Shown in pieces: positions 45,140-55,137 of a stretch of DNA of 64,000 bases. Positions within the stretch are counted from its first letter, which is position 1. Every line of letters starts with the position of its first letter. Made by a program: the position numbers and the translations under genes. The notes beneath the pieces are model-generated. The model was not told the DNA's origin. It ran no database searches and saw only the letters and a program-made list of their open reading frames with translations. This stretch comes from a virus, in IMG/VR virus record IMGVR_UViG_3300023174_000057, positions 32,001 through 96,000 of that record; one strand, given 5' to 3'.

Positions 45140-46324
45140 ATGCCGCAACCGAACTTCCAAGTGGACGGGCTGAGGGTCGAGCCCGGATCGGGTCAGACCC
45201 TCACCATCACCCGCGACGCCGCCACGGGCTCCCTGCGGTTCACCGACGCCGTGGTCCCGGGCGGCATCAACCTCGCGTCCCTCGCGGGGCTGGGCACCAT
45301 CGCGGGCGTGTTGGTGGTGGGCGCTTCGGGCACGGGCGCGCAATACACGACCGTCCAGAGCGCGATCAACGCCGTCCCGGCGAATGCCAGCCTCACGAAC
45401 CCCTACGTCGTCCTTGTGATGCCGGGGGTGTACAGCGAGAATCTCACCATCGAGAAGGCCGGGATCACCGTGCAGGGCATCGGGCGCGCGGTGATCCAAG
45501 CCGCGAGCGTGGCGGGGACGGTCACGGTGCAGGAAGCCGTCGCTTCCGTCCCGACCTCCCTCACCCTGCGAAACCTCGTGCTCGTCAACGCCAACAACGG
45601 CGAGGCGTGCGTGGACATCGTCGGCGGCGCGGGTAGCACCGTGGGCGCAGACGGGATCACCCTCGACGGGTGCGATCTCCGTCCCACGGGCGTGGGCGGG
45701 TACACGGTGTACGCCGACACGGTGAACTACGTCACCCTCACGGGGTGCCAAGCCACGGGTGCTCCCGGCACGGCGAGCCTTCGGGTGAACCAGTGTGCGG
45801 GTTTCACCGCCCTCAACAGCACCCTCCCTGCCGTCCAAGCGGACTACACCACGGCGGGCAGCATCCCTTCGGTGGTGGGCAGTGCCTACTACCTGTCGGG
45901 ATGTCCCTCCGTTGGGAACGTCCTTTCGACACTCACCAACGCCGGGTCGCTGGTCATCAGCGGGTGCCCCTCCGTGGGGAATCTGACCCTCAACGGAAAC
46001 CGCACCCTCGCTGTAACCACCTCCAGCGTCGGAAACGTCACGGTCAACGGCACCACGGCTGCGACGCTCCGTAACTCGACGCGAGGTACGGCTGCGGGCG
46101 CGGGCACCCTGCTGGAGTCCCAACTGTCGGGCTCGACGGTGTTCGCGGCAAGCGCCACGGAGACAGTGACCTTCCCTGTCGCCCGACCGAATGCCAACTA
46201 CACGGTGTCGCTGGACACGGGGCTCAACACCGTGTCGCGGGTCACGAACAAGCTCACCACCAGCTTCGACATCGTGTTCACCGCCCCGGTGAGCACCACC
46301 GTCTACTGGACCGTTCTGTCCTAG
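45140..46324 (+). CDS. Pectin-lyase-like beta-helix tail/virion protein
   Basis: YTTVQSAINA...VLVMPGVYSENL; repeats GCPSVGN. Confidence 0.65.
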   Translation: MPQPNFQVDGLRVEPGSGQTLTITRDAATGSLRFTDAVVPGGINLASLAGLGTIAGVLVVGASGTGAQYTTVQSAINAVPANASLTNPYVVLVMPGVYSENLTIEKAGITVQGIGRAVIQAASVAGTVTVQEAVASVPTSLTLRNLVLVNANNGEACVDIVGGAGSTVGADGITLDGCDLRPTGVGGYTVYADTVNYVTLTGCQATGAPGTASLRVNQCAGFTALNSTLPAVQADYTTAGSIPSVVGSAYYLSGCPSVGNVLSTLTNAGSLVISGCPSVGNLTLNGNRTLAVTTSSVGNVTVNGTTAATLRNSTRGTAAGAGTLLESQLSGSTVFAASATETVTFPVARPNANYTVSLDTGLNTVSRVTNKLTTSFDIVFTAPVSTTVYWTVLS

Positions 46325-46395
46325 CTATTTGCTCTATCGCGCCCCGTACTCTAGGTGGACCCCTGCCCTTGGGGGTTCCCCGTCGAGGTGTGAAG

Positions 46396-46923
46396 GTGAG
46401 CAAGTTCTGGGAAAACGGCGGGTTCTTTGTCCCTGCCACGGCGGGTTCGTTGGACTCCCACCTGTCCGGTGACTCCACGATGCAGGACTATGCCCGGGGC
46501 CGCAAGGCTTCGGGTCCGGTTCCATCGGGCACCCGTGTGGCGTTCTCCGGGGGGCTCTCAGCCCTACTCGCCTACCCCGACCCTCCCGAGCGCGGTGAGA
46601 CCGGCACGGTGGTGATGGTCCGCACGGCGATGGGTGACGCGACCGAGCAGGACGGGATGGTCTTCGTCAAGCTCGACAGCGGTCGCCTCGCCGCCCTTCA
46701 CCGAGAGCACCTCCGACGCGCTCCGACCGTTACCCGCACGGCCAACGCCTACCGGATGAACGTGACGGCGATGGGTGACCTGACGGACTTCATGAAGTCG
46801 GCGGGCGGGGGAGACGAGCTCATCCACAAGGCCACGAAGGACTTGTGGAAGTTGTCGAAGTCCGGTGGTGATTTCGTGATCGAGAGACTCTTCGACGAGA
46901 CGGGCAAGCCCCTCAAGGTGTGA
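46396..46923 (+). CDS. Hypothetical (virion) protein
   Basis: Codon bias; LIHKATKDLWK...IERLFD; start uncertain. Confidence 0.6.
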   Translation: MSKFWENGGFFVPATAGSLDSHLSGDSTMQDYARGRKASGPVPSGTRVAFSGGLSALLAYPDPPERGETGTVVMVRTAMGDATEQDGMVFVKLDSGRLAALHREHLRRAPTVTRTANAYRMNVTAMGDLTDFMKSAGGGDELIHKATKDLWKLSKSGGDFVIERLFDETGKPLKV

Positions 46924-46924
46924 C

Positions 46925-47797
46925 ATGACCGACCGCAAGCCCGACCCCAAGAGCATCGCCCGCCGACAGATGATCCGCACGGCGGGAGAAGTCCGCTTCA
47001 TCAAGGACAAGTCCAACGACGCCAACCAGTGGGCGTGGAACGACTCCGGTCCCCAAGAGCGGAAGATCACCCCGGACTTCGCCTTCGACCCGAGGAACAC
47101 CAAGCCCCTCGCCAAGGTGCTGCGGTCCACCAACGCGGCACTGGGCCATGCCATGTCGGCCTACGCCATCTTCACGAAGATCAAGTCGGCGGATGTCTCT
47201 CCCGATGGCAGCTTGGGTGGCAAAGGGTACATCCAGAAGATCGCGGAGATGCGACGGGCTTACATGAACGTGGTGGAAGCCATGAGTGCCCTGTCCGACA
47301 CCCTGTACGACGAGATCCGTGCGCCTCACTGGGCGGCGGTGTCCCGGCAGGAAGATCCCGAGGAGCGCGCCGAGGTCGAGCAGATCGTCGAGGACGCGGT
47401 CGAGATCAAGCAAGACCCCGAGGGCTGGGCCGAGGACCAAGAAGACGAGATGGACGAGGAGAACGAGGAAGAGATGGCTGCGAAGGCCGTCAAACTCGCC
47501 TCCAAGTTCGCCGCAAAGGTCTGGTCTCCCGAGGTAGTGGACGAGATGTTGCCCGACGTAGAACACTCCAACACCATATGGGGGGTGGAGTCTAGCCTCC
47601 GTTCCACAGCCCCCCTCGTACATTTGGCCGAGGATCTCATCTGGCAGATGGGCTACGAAGAGTCCATGACCGGGGCAAAAATGGCGGCGGTTCCGTCCCT
47701 GCTGGCGTGGGCAAAGGCCCGAGGCCACTTGAAGACTATCCGGGGTGAATACGAGAAGGGCAAGAAGGACGGCTTTGAAGCCCGAGGTGACCAATGA
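46925..47797 (+). CDS. Hypothetical (virion) protein
   Basis: Acidic segment; RTAG and KLAS motifs. Confidence 0.65.
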   Translation: MTDRKPDPKSIARRQMIRTAGEVRFIKDKSNDANQWAWNDSGPQERKITPDFAFDPRNTKPLAKVLRSTNAALGHAMSAYAIFTKIKSADVSPDGSLGGKGYIQKIAEMRRAYMNVVEAMSALSDTLYDEIRAPHWAAVSRQEDPEERAEVEQIVEDAVEIKQDPEGWAEDQEDEMDEENEEEMAAKAVKLASKFAAKVWSPEVVDEMLPDVEHSNTIWGVESSLRSTAPLVHLAEDLIWQMGYEESMTGAKMAAVPSLLAWAKARGHLKTIRGEYEKGKKDGFEARGDQ

Positions 47798-49935
47798 GCT
47801 CCCGCACGCCCGATGGCGGCTATATGCCCACGTTTGCGAGCAACTATATGCTCGACGGCTTCGATTTCTCCGAGGAGTACGGCGAGGGACCGCTGATGAA
47901 CCACAAGATCCCCACCACCTCTCGCACCACCGGGATAGCCGCGCCCCCGCGCTCTGAGAACGGGATGGCCAAGCTCCCCGATGGGATCGTCACCAACCCC
48001 CGTGCAGCGGCGGTGGGCGATGACCTCTTCATGGGCGTGGACGGGACCGACGTGGGCGACCTGTCGGGGATGGTGCGGGAGGCGGCACACCTCTCGGACC
48101 TGTCGTGGCTGGAGCTCGCGGAGCAGGACCCCGACCGTCTCCCCAAGCAACACAACGACAAGGCCCTCCAAGGTCTGGCCGAGGCGTGGGGGACGACCGA
48201 CCGCACGGACGGCGTGGAGATCATCCCGAACGTGGTGGTTCCTCCCCCGCCCCGGTCACAGGTGGCCCTCTTGCCCGGGGACGACACCATGCGTCAACTG
48301 GTGGCGAGCGCCATGCGGAAGTCAGCCTTCGGGGTTCCCTTCCAGAACATCGTGGCGGATCTTGGGGCTCACCTTGGTGTGGCCCTCGCCCGCGTCCACA
48401 CGGACCCCCGGCTCCAGAAGCTCGCGGCGTCCATCCGTTCCGTCAAGGCCGAGCACGGCATCGTCGGCACCGTGTACCTGCGGGACAGCGCGTTCCCGGG
48501 TCTTCTCACGGGCAAGTGGGACCGGGAGATCAAGAAGCGGTGCGCCAGCGCCAAGTACTGGCTGACCCGTCCGGGGTCGAAGTTGGCCGCGTACCAGAAC
48601 TACCTCGGCAAGCAGGTGGTGACGGAGATCCCGTGGGGGGAAGCCCTCTCCCACTACCGCCCGACGCTGGAAGCATCGGGCAAGCGCCTCGCGTCGGGAG
48701 ACCCCAAGACGGTGCTGGTCGCCGCGCTCCGGGCTGATGCCACCCGCGCCAACAGGGACACCCACCACACCTACCACCTCACCCCGGCGCAGCGGGTGTC
48801 TTCGGAACAGGCGTGGAAGGTGTTCGCAAGCGCCCCAGCTTCCGAGCGGGAGGTCGTTCAGAAGAACATCGTGCGGGTCACCCCCGAGCAAGCCCGCCAG
48901 CGGTTCGCTAGCTGGGTGAAGGCCGGGATGCTCTCCGAGGATATGGCGCGGAAGTTTCTGGCTTCCGACCTGTCCGTCGAGGACAAGCTGCGGAACGGCG
49001 CGGCCCTCGTTGCCCGTGCAACAAAATCGTCGAAGTACGACGGGCAGGGTGTCGGCGCGAAGACACCTGAGCGACGCACCCGTAACGCTGATTGGGCGAC
49101 CGAGGAGAGCGAGAAGGTTGTCCGGGCGACCGAGGATCGCGCCGCGAAGTCCGCGAAGGACAAGGTGGCCTCCGTGTTTCGCGCGTGGGTGAAGTCCGGG
49201 ACTCTCACTCAAGACCAATCCGACCAGATCCTCTCTCGCGCATCGGGAGAGAAAGCCATCCGTCTCGGTCAACTCGTCATCAACCGTGCAAAGAAAGTTG
49301 AGTACACGGGGCAGGGTTGGGGTCGAAGCGTCCACACGGGCGGACCGACCAAGAAACTCGCGAGCGCGAACGACCCGAAGGTCAATCAGGTGCTTCGGTA
49401 CGCCAGCGCGCAAATGAACGAGGGCGCGGCGGGCAACGACCTCGATGTCCTTCTCAACTCCCGGTTCTCGCAGGAGTACCTCAAGGGCGCGAGTGAGCAA
49501 CTCGTCCAGCTTCGCAAGAAGCACGAGGGGCTGGCGGGACACGTCTACATCGCGGCAGACGCCTATGCGACCCCCACGGGCACGACGGGCTGCGACAAGG
49601 GCGCGCTGATCCACCGGGCCAACCAAGTGAAGGCCGTCCTCCAGATGGAGCGGTGCGGTAGCTGTGCCCACAACACCAGCGGGCACTGCCAGAAGTACGC
49701 AAAGCAACTGGTGGCCCTCGCTCCGGTGGCGAACCCCGAGAAGTACCAGCGGGAGACCATCCGTCTCGCCAACTCGGACGACAGCGAGCGCACGGCGGCA
49801 ATGTTCAACGCCTACGACCCCGGCGAGTTCGACCTCCAGAACGACTCGCTCGACACCTTCGATTACGACAACCTCCCTGACAACAAAACCCTTCACGGGG
49901 TGCTGTTTGAGGGGATGACCCTTCCCGAGGAGTGA
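47794..49935 (+). CDS. Large hypothetical (virion) protein with an internal duplication
   Basis: 713 aa; WVKxG...YxGQG occurs twice; C-terminal Cys cluster. Confidence 0.7.
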   Translation: MSSRTPDGGYMPTFASNYMLDGFDFSEEYGEGPLMNHKIPTTSRTTGIAAPPRSENGMAKLPDGIVTNPRAAAVGDDLFMGVDGTDVGDLSGMVREAAHLSDLSWLELAEQDPDRLPKQHNDKALQGLAEAWGTTDRTDGVEIIPNVVVPPPPRSQVALLPGDDTMRQLVASAMRKSAFGVPFQNIVADLGAHLGVALARVHTDPRLQKLAASIRSVKAEHGIVGTVYLRDSAFPGLLTGKWDREIKKRCASAKYWLTRPGSKLAAYQNYLGKQVVTEIPWGEALSHYRPTLEASGKRLASGDPKTVLVAALRADATRANRDTHHTYHLTPAQRVSSEQAWKVFASAPASEREVVQKNIVRVTPEQARQRFASWVKAGMLSEDMARKFLASDLSVEDKLRNGAALVARATKSSKYDGQGVGAKTPERRTRNADWATEESEKVVRATEDRAAKSAKDKVASVFRAWVKSGTLTQDQSDQILSRASGEKAIRLGQLVINRAKKVEYTGQGWGRSVHTGGPTKKLASANDPKVNQVLRYASAQMNEGAAGNDLDVLLNSRFSQEYLKGASEQLVQLRKKHEGLAGHVYIAADAYATPTGTTGCDKGALIHRANQVKAVLQMERCGSCAHNTSGHCQKYAKQLVALAPVANPEKYQRETIRLANSDDSERTAAMFNAYDPGEFDLQNDSLDTFDYDNLPDNKTLHGVLFEGMTLPEE

Positions 49936-49939
49936 GACT

Positions 49940-50569
49940 ATGCGCGTTGCCGCCCCGCCCAAGTTCAAGGTGCTCGTCGCGAACCTCGCTGGGAGTTCCG
50001 ACCCTGCCCGCAACACGGGGGGCAACCCCGTGAAGCTCCGCACGGGCTTCACCCTCCAGATGCTCCACACTCCCAGCGGTGTGGTCCGCACCAATGGGCC
50101 GACGCAGCAGCCCCCTCCCGTCAGCGCGGGGGCGAACATGGCGCGGATCGTGGTGACCTCTGCCCGGTACTGGGACCCTACGGTCGCCGCCCCCGGCCCG
50201 TTCTACTACCAAGAAGAGCTCCGCGCTTTCGATCAGTACCCGCAAGCGGCGACGGACTTCGGCGTGGGCGAGGGCAGCAACACGGGTCCCGTGAACACCA
50301 TCGCCAGCGAGATCGCAAGCTGGTTCAACGCCTCCGTCGCGGGGGTGAGCGCGACTTCGGTCGGCGCGACGGTTTACATGACCACCAACCGGGTAGATGC
50401 CCTGTTCCCGGTGCAAGCCACGAACGATATGTCGGCGCTGCTGGGCGGGCTGATCTTCACCCTGCAAGACGGGGCGGGGAACCCTCTCAATGTGGCGGGG
50501 CAGCGGCGTCGGTCGTTCTACCTCCCCAAGACCGTGAAGAGCCAGAGCGCCCCGGTGATCCTCCCTTGA
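49940..50569 (+). CDS. Hypothetical structural protein
   Basis: GAGGAG SD; codon bias. Confidence 0.6.
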   Translation: MRVAAPPKFKVLVANLAGSSDPARNTGGNPVKLRTGFTLQMLHTPSGVVRTNGPTQQPPPVSAGANMARIVVTSARYWDPTVAAPGPFYYQEELRAFDQYPQAATDFGVGEGSNTGPVNTIASEIASWFNASVAGVSATSVGATVYMTTNRVDALFPVQATNDMSALLGGLIFTLQDGAGNPLNVAGQRRRSFYLPKTVKSQSAPVILP

Positions 50570-50589
50570 GGGCGCGGTAGGATAGGGAC

Positions 50590-51351
50590 ATGGCCAATCC
50601 CGTAGACGAAATTCTTGACGAAGAGATCCCGACCACCGTAGTCAAGCGGGACTATCTCACCAAGGTCTCGCCCTACGTCACCGTGGACGAGCACGGCATT
50701 CGGCGCTTCCAGAGCTACGTCATCCCTCACGAGGCCAACCGGGTCAAAGTGGTGGACGACAAGGGCCAGACGAAGCTCCGCAAGATCGAGGACATCCAGC
50801 GCGGGGACACCATTGCTCTCAACGAGAGCGGGCTCCCGGTCTTCGTGGAGGGTCGCATTGGCAAGCCCCCCAAGAAGTTGGACGAGGCCCTCCCCCCGGC
50901 GACCCCGCTGATCGGTGACCTGATCCGCATCAAGACCGGGCACCTCCGCAACGACCCCATCCTCCAAGCCGCTGAGTCCGCGCCCGAGTCCGCCGAGGTG
51001 CTGAACCAAGTGGTGCTGGCCATCGGTGAAGAGGCGGCGTCACTACGGTTTGAAAGGATGGAGGCCGAGCGCAAGGGCGAGGACACGTCTCAGTTGTCCA
51101 TGCGCCGGGTCGCGGCCCTCAAGGCCATCGGTGACACTTGGATCAAGCGCAAGGAGCAGATCCAGAGCCGGGTGATCGACCTTGAGTCACCCGCCTTTCA
51201 AGCTCTGTTTCAGTTCATCTCCGAGACGTTCGTCCGCGCGATGCAGAGCGCCAACGTCCGACAAGAACTCGCGGACAGCGTTCTGGCCCAGTTCGTCAAA
51301 CTCCTTGACGATGCGTGGAAGAACGAAGCCAAGTCGCGCATGAAGGAGTGA
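50590..51351 (+). CDS. Hypothetical protein, candidate terminase small subunit
   Basis: Helical; immediately upstream of terL. Confidence 0.45.
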   Translation: MANPVDEILDEEIPTTVVKRDYLTKVSPYVTVDEHGIRRFQSYVIPHEANRVKVVDDKGQTKLRKIEDIQRGDTIALNESGLPVFVEGRIGKPPKKLDEALPPATPLIGDLIRIKTGHLRNDPILQAAESAPESAEVLNQVVLAIGEEAASLRFERMEAERKGEDTSQLSMRRVAALKAIGDTWIKRKEQIQSRVIDLESPAFQALFQFISETFVRAMQSANVRQELADSVLAQFVKLLDDAWKNEAKSRMKE

Positions 51352-51361
51352 GGGCACTCCC

Positions 51362-54300
51362 ATGACTCTCGGCAACCTCGTCCTCTCTGGTGCCCGCGCC
51401 GTCGCCCCCGTGGGCAAAGTCCCGATCACGGCGAACATCATCGAGTTCGTCGAGGAGCCGTGGGGGCTGGGGATGCAGTTGTTCCCGATCCAGAAGATCA
51501 TCCTCAAAGCTCACTACGGCCTCCCGCTGGACGACACGCAGACCTTCACGGTGACTGATTGGCGGCGGCAGAACGCTCGCCAGATGACCGAGAAGGAGTA
51601 CCTCGCCTACCTGTACAGCGAGGGACGGTCGAACATCAAAGAGGTGGTGCCGGGGCACGAGCGCCGGGAGATGATTCTTTCCATCGGTCGCCGCAGCGGA
51701 AAGTGCGTGACGGGGGACACCCTCGTCCTCACCGACCGAGGCATTTACCCCATTGTAGAACTGGGCGACCCCAACGGTCCCGAGGTGCAGCCCCTCGCGG
51801 TGAGGGTGGCTCAAGAGGGCGGGGCGTCATCCACCTCTCGGTACTTCTACAACGGGGGCACGAAGCCCACCTACCGGATCACGTCTCACACGGGCGTGTC
51901 CGTGGAGGGTACGGGCAACCACCGGGTGAGGGTGCTGACTCCCGAGGGGGTCATTGACTGGAAGCACTTGGCGGACATCTGTCCGGGTGACGTTCTGGCA
52001 GTCCACCGTTCTACGAACCTCTGGGCTTCCGACCTCGTGGACGTGCGGGCACACCACGTCCGCGCTGTGCGCCGAGGGGCTGTTGTTCAGCCCGACACGT
52101 TCGACGAGCAGTGGGGACTTCTCATGGGCTACTTGGTGGGGGACGGCTCGTGGACCAACCGCACGTCCCTCGCCATTACCGTCGAGCACCCCGAGACCCG
52201 CACCGAGGTCGAGTCCCTCTTTACCGAACTCTGCGGGAAGTGCTCGTTCACGCACGACAAGCGCACGGCCCGCACGGGTGCCGTGAGGGTGTCTGACAAA
52301 GCCCTTCGGGAGTTCATGCACCGTCTGGGTTTCGACTGGGGCTGCGGGTCCCACACCAAGAGAACTCCGTGGGTGGTGCTGCGCTCCCCACGTCCCGTCG
52401 TTCGTGCCTACCTCCAAGGGCTCTTTGAGACGGATGGCACGGTCACGTCGGGCGGGATGTCGGTCTCGTTCTGTTCCGCCTCCCGTGATCTCGCCCGCGA
52501 GACACAGGTGCTCCTGCTCAACTTCGGGGTGGTGTCCCGCCTGCGGGTGAAGCACAACCGCAAGCTGAACCGGGACTACTACGAGGTCACGATCCGAGGG
52601 CTGCGGTCTCGACGCACCTTCGCCCGCGAGATTGGGTTCCGTTCCCGCAAGAAGCAGGAGCCCTTGGAAGCCGGGTTGGTGGCTCCCGTCCGTGAGGGCG
52701 GTGATACCGAGTCCGTGCCGCACCAGACGGGGTGGGTCGCACGACTGTTGGCGTCCATTCCCAAGGCGTTCCCCGGCAAGGGTTGGCAGCGCAGCACTCT
52801 CCGGGCGATTCTCGGCAATGTATGCAAGCCGGGAAGCCGTGAGGACCTCACATACAGCCGCATCCGTGCGTTCATCCCTGTCGCGGAGGGTTTAGGCGCG
52901 GATTCCGTGGTACTGGACCACTTCCGCGAACTGTTGCGGACGGACTACTTCTTTGACCCCGTGGTGTCCGTCACGCCCGGTGAGGCACGGGTCTACGACC
53001 TCAACGTGCCCGAGGGTGAGAGCTTCGTTGCCAACGGGCTGACCAACCACAACACGACCCTGTCAGCGTGCATTGCCGCGTTTGAGGCATACAAGCTCAT
53101 TTCCAAGGGCGACCCGCAAGCGTACTACGGGCTCCCTCAGAGCAACATGATCCAACTGATCTCGGTCGCCACCGACAAAGATCAAGCGGGTCTGCTCTAC
53201 CAAGAGGTGTCCGGGCACTTCCGTAACTGCGCGTTCTTCGGCCCGTACACCGCGAACAACACGATGAGCTATGCGCGGTTCCAGACGCCCAAGGACGTGG
53301 AGCGGTACGGGGCCTACTCGGACGACCCCAGTGCGAAGGCCACTATCAAGGTCACCTTCCGTAGCTGTGTGGCGAAGGGGCTTCGTGGCGCGGGCAACAT
53401 CGTGGTCATTCTCGACGAGGTGGCGCACTTCACCGACGCGGGGCAGTCTTCCGCCGACGCGGTGTACAACGCCGTCGTCCCCAGCACGTCCGCGTACTCA
53501 CCAAAAGACCCCCTTGATCGTCGCAAGCCCATCGGACAGGTAGAGGGCCGGATCATCTTGATCTCCAGCCCCCTTGGCCGTCAGGGGTTGTTCTACAAGA
53601 TGTTCCAGATCGGCATGGGCGGCGGCATGGCGGCGAGCAATATGCTGTGCATCCAAGCGCCGACGTGGGAGGTGAACCCCACGGTCCCCGCCCACGAGTT
53701 TGAGAAGCACTACCTCAAGGACCAAGCGGTCTTCTTCACGGAGTACGGCGGGGAGTTCAGCGACCGCACCCGTGGGTGGATCGAGCGCGGCGAGGACCTC
53801 GTGGCGTGCGTCAATAAAGACGCTCGACCCCAGCAGCGTGGCATCCCTCGCACCCCGTATTTTCTGGGGCTCGACCTTGGGTTGGTGGGTGACGGCACGG
53901 CAGTGTCCATCGGGCATCTCGATCCCGAGGGGCACATCGTGGTGGACCTCGTGGACCAGATCAAAGCGGGCGTGGGGAAGTACCACACCAAAGAGCGCCT
54001 CGACTTCGACGACGTGGCCGATTGGATTCTGGATCTGTCCAAGCGGTTCTACATACAGGAGGGGATGTTCGACCAGTGGGCGGGCATCCCGCTGGAGCAA
54101 GCCCTCTCCAAGCGCGGGCTGGGCCAGATGAAGGCCCAGCAGATGACGAAACAACTCACGTCCCAGATGTTTCAGAACTTCAAGGACATGATGTGGGACA
54201 AGAAGCTCGTCCTGTACGACCACCCCATCGCGCAGAACGAAACCCACTGCCCGTACATCGCGGAGCTCCTTGAGCTACAGGCCCAGTACCACAGCAAGTT

Positions 54301-54559
54301 CGTGACGACCGTCGAAGCGCCCAACATCGACGGGAAGCACGATGACATGAGCGACGCTCTCGTCCGCATGGTGTGGCTGGCATCGAACCGTCTCTCCAAG
54401 AGCGCCCACCTCTCCGGGGCACAGCGCCAGCACGGCCCGGTAATCCCCGGATACGCCCGCATGGCTATGCGCGCAAAGCTGCTCCAGAGTGGGTCTCACG
54501 AGTCCCGACAGGTCCCTCGCCACGGCGCAGGAGGGGTGAAGCGATGGGTGTCCCGGTGA
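51362..54559 (+). CDS. terL: Terminase large subunit containing an intein
   Basis: GRRSGK[intein]T Walker A, VILDEVAH Walker B, ISSP, GLDLG and HDDMSDA nuclease motifs. Confidence 0.9.
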   Translation: MTLGNLVLSGARAVAPVGKVPITANIIEFVEEPWGLGMQLFPIQKIILKAHYGLPLDDTQTFTVTDWRRQNARQMTEKEYLAYLYSEGRSNIKEVVPGHERREMILSIGRRSGKCVTGDTLVLTDRGIYPIVELGDPNGPEVQPLAVRVAQEGGASSTSRYFYNGGTKPTYRITSHTGVSVEGTGNHRVRVLTPEGVIDWKHLADICPGDVLAVHRSTNLWASDLVDVRAHHVRAVRRGAVVQPDTFDEQWGLLMGYLVGDGSWTNRTSLAITVEHPETRTEVESLFTELCGKCSFTHDKRTARTGAVRVSDKALREFMHRLGFDWGCGSHTKRTPWVVLRSPRPVVRAYLQGLFETDGTVTSGGMSVSFCSASRDLARETQVLLLNFGVVSRLRVKHNRKLNRDYYEVTIRGLRSRRTFAREIGFRSRKKQEPLEAGLVAPVREGGDTESVPHQTGWVARLLASIPKAFPGKGWQRSTLRAILGNVCKPGSREDLTYSRIRAFIPVAEGLGADSVVLDHFRELLRTDYFFDPVVSVTPGEARVYDLNVPEGESFVANGLTNHNTTLSACIAAFEAYKLISKGDPQAYYGLPQSNMIQLISVATDKDQAGLLYQEVSGHFRNCAFFGPYTANNTMSYARFQTPKDVERYGAYSDDPSAKATIKVTFRSCVAKGLRGAGNIVVILDEVAHFTDAGQSSADAVYNAVVPSTSAYSPKDPLDRRKPIGQVEGRIILISSPLGRQGLFYKMFQIGMGGGMAASNMLCIQAPTWEVNPTVPAHEFEKHYLKDQAVFFTEYGGEFSDRTRGWIERGEDLVACVNKDARPQQRGIPRTPYFLGLDLGLVGDGTAVSIGHLDPEGHIVVDLVDQIKAGVGKYHTKERLDFDDVADWILDLSKRFYIQEGMFDQWAGIPLEQALSKRGLGQMKAQQMTKQLTSQMFQNFKDMMWDKKLVLYDHPIAQNETHCPYIAELLELQAQYHSKFVTTVEAPNIDGKHDDMSDALVRMVWLASNRLSKSAHLSGAQRQHGPVIPGYARMAMRAKLLQSGSHESRQVPRHGAGGVKRWVSR
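51704..53053 (+). mobile_element. Intein with LAGLIDADG endonuclease in TerL (450 aa)
   Basis: Starts CVTGDTLV, ends TNHN before T+1; GYLVGDG and GLFETDG motifs. Confidence 0.92.
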
Positions 54560-54816
54560 AGACCGCCAAGCTCGACCCGCTGAAGCCCAGCCGTGCCGAC
54601 TACCGACTGATCCACAAGCTGCTGGACAGTTCCTACTCAGGCAAGGTGCTCCACACCGAGGACACCTACAAGCTCATCGTGCGGGTGTTCCAGCGGGCAG
54701 GGGGCTCGTGGGAGAAGCTATTTCTGGGCTCCCCCTCTCACGTCTCCCTCCTCAAGACGGTGATCAAGGTAGCGTACAAGAATGACTACCTCACCAAGGC
54801 CCCGCAGTGGAGGTGA
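54556..54816 (+). CDS. Hypothetical protein
   Basis: GTGA coupling to terL. Confidence 0.55.
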   Translation: MKTAKLDPLKPSRADYRLIHKLLDSSYSGKVLHTEDTYKLIVRVFQRAGGSWEKLFLGSPSHVSLLKTVIKVAYKNDYLTKAPQWR

Positions 54817-54819
54817 CCG

Positions 54820-55131
54820 TTGAGCCGCCTCCGCGCCACCCTGTCCACCGATCCGCTCGACAAGGCCCTCACCGCCAAGATGGACGAGGCGCATCGGGCT
54901 CTGGTGGCTGCGCTGAGGCTGTGTGATGACTCCCAGAAGACCGACGTTGTGACCCGTCGCCGGGTGGCTCACACTCGCCGGGACATCCAACGGGCTCTGG
55001 GAGCCATCACGGGCATCCGTCGTGTCGCTCGCCTCTACGACGTGGCTGATTCCGATCTGTCTGACACCCCCGCCCCCCGCCGGGAGAAACCCGCACCGCC
55101 TCCCGAGGTTGTTGTGGAGCAGGGAGAGTGA
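54820..55131 (+). CDS. Hypothetical protein
   Basis: GGAGG SD before TTG. Confidence 0.5.
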   Translation: MSRLRATLSTDPLDKALTAKMDEAHRALVAALRLCDDSQKTDVVTRRRVAHTRRDIQRALGAITGIRRVARLYDVADSDLSDTPAPRREKPAPPPEVVVEQGE

Positions 55132-55137
55132 TGACCA

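Noticed and set aside
50730-50830. Mini-intein in the 50590 ORF (RVKVVD...KIEDIQRGD)
   Set aside because: There is no N-terminal Cys/Ser block and no C-terminal HN; the resemblance is too short.
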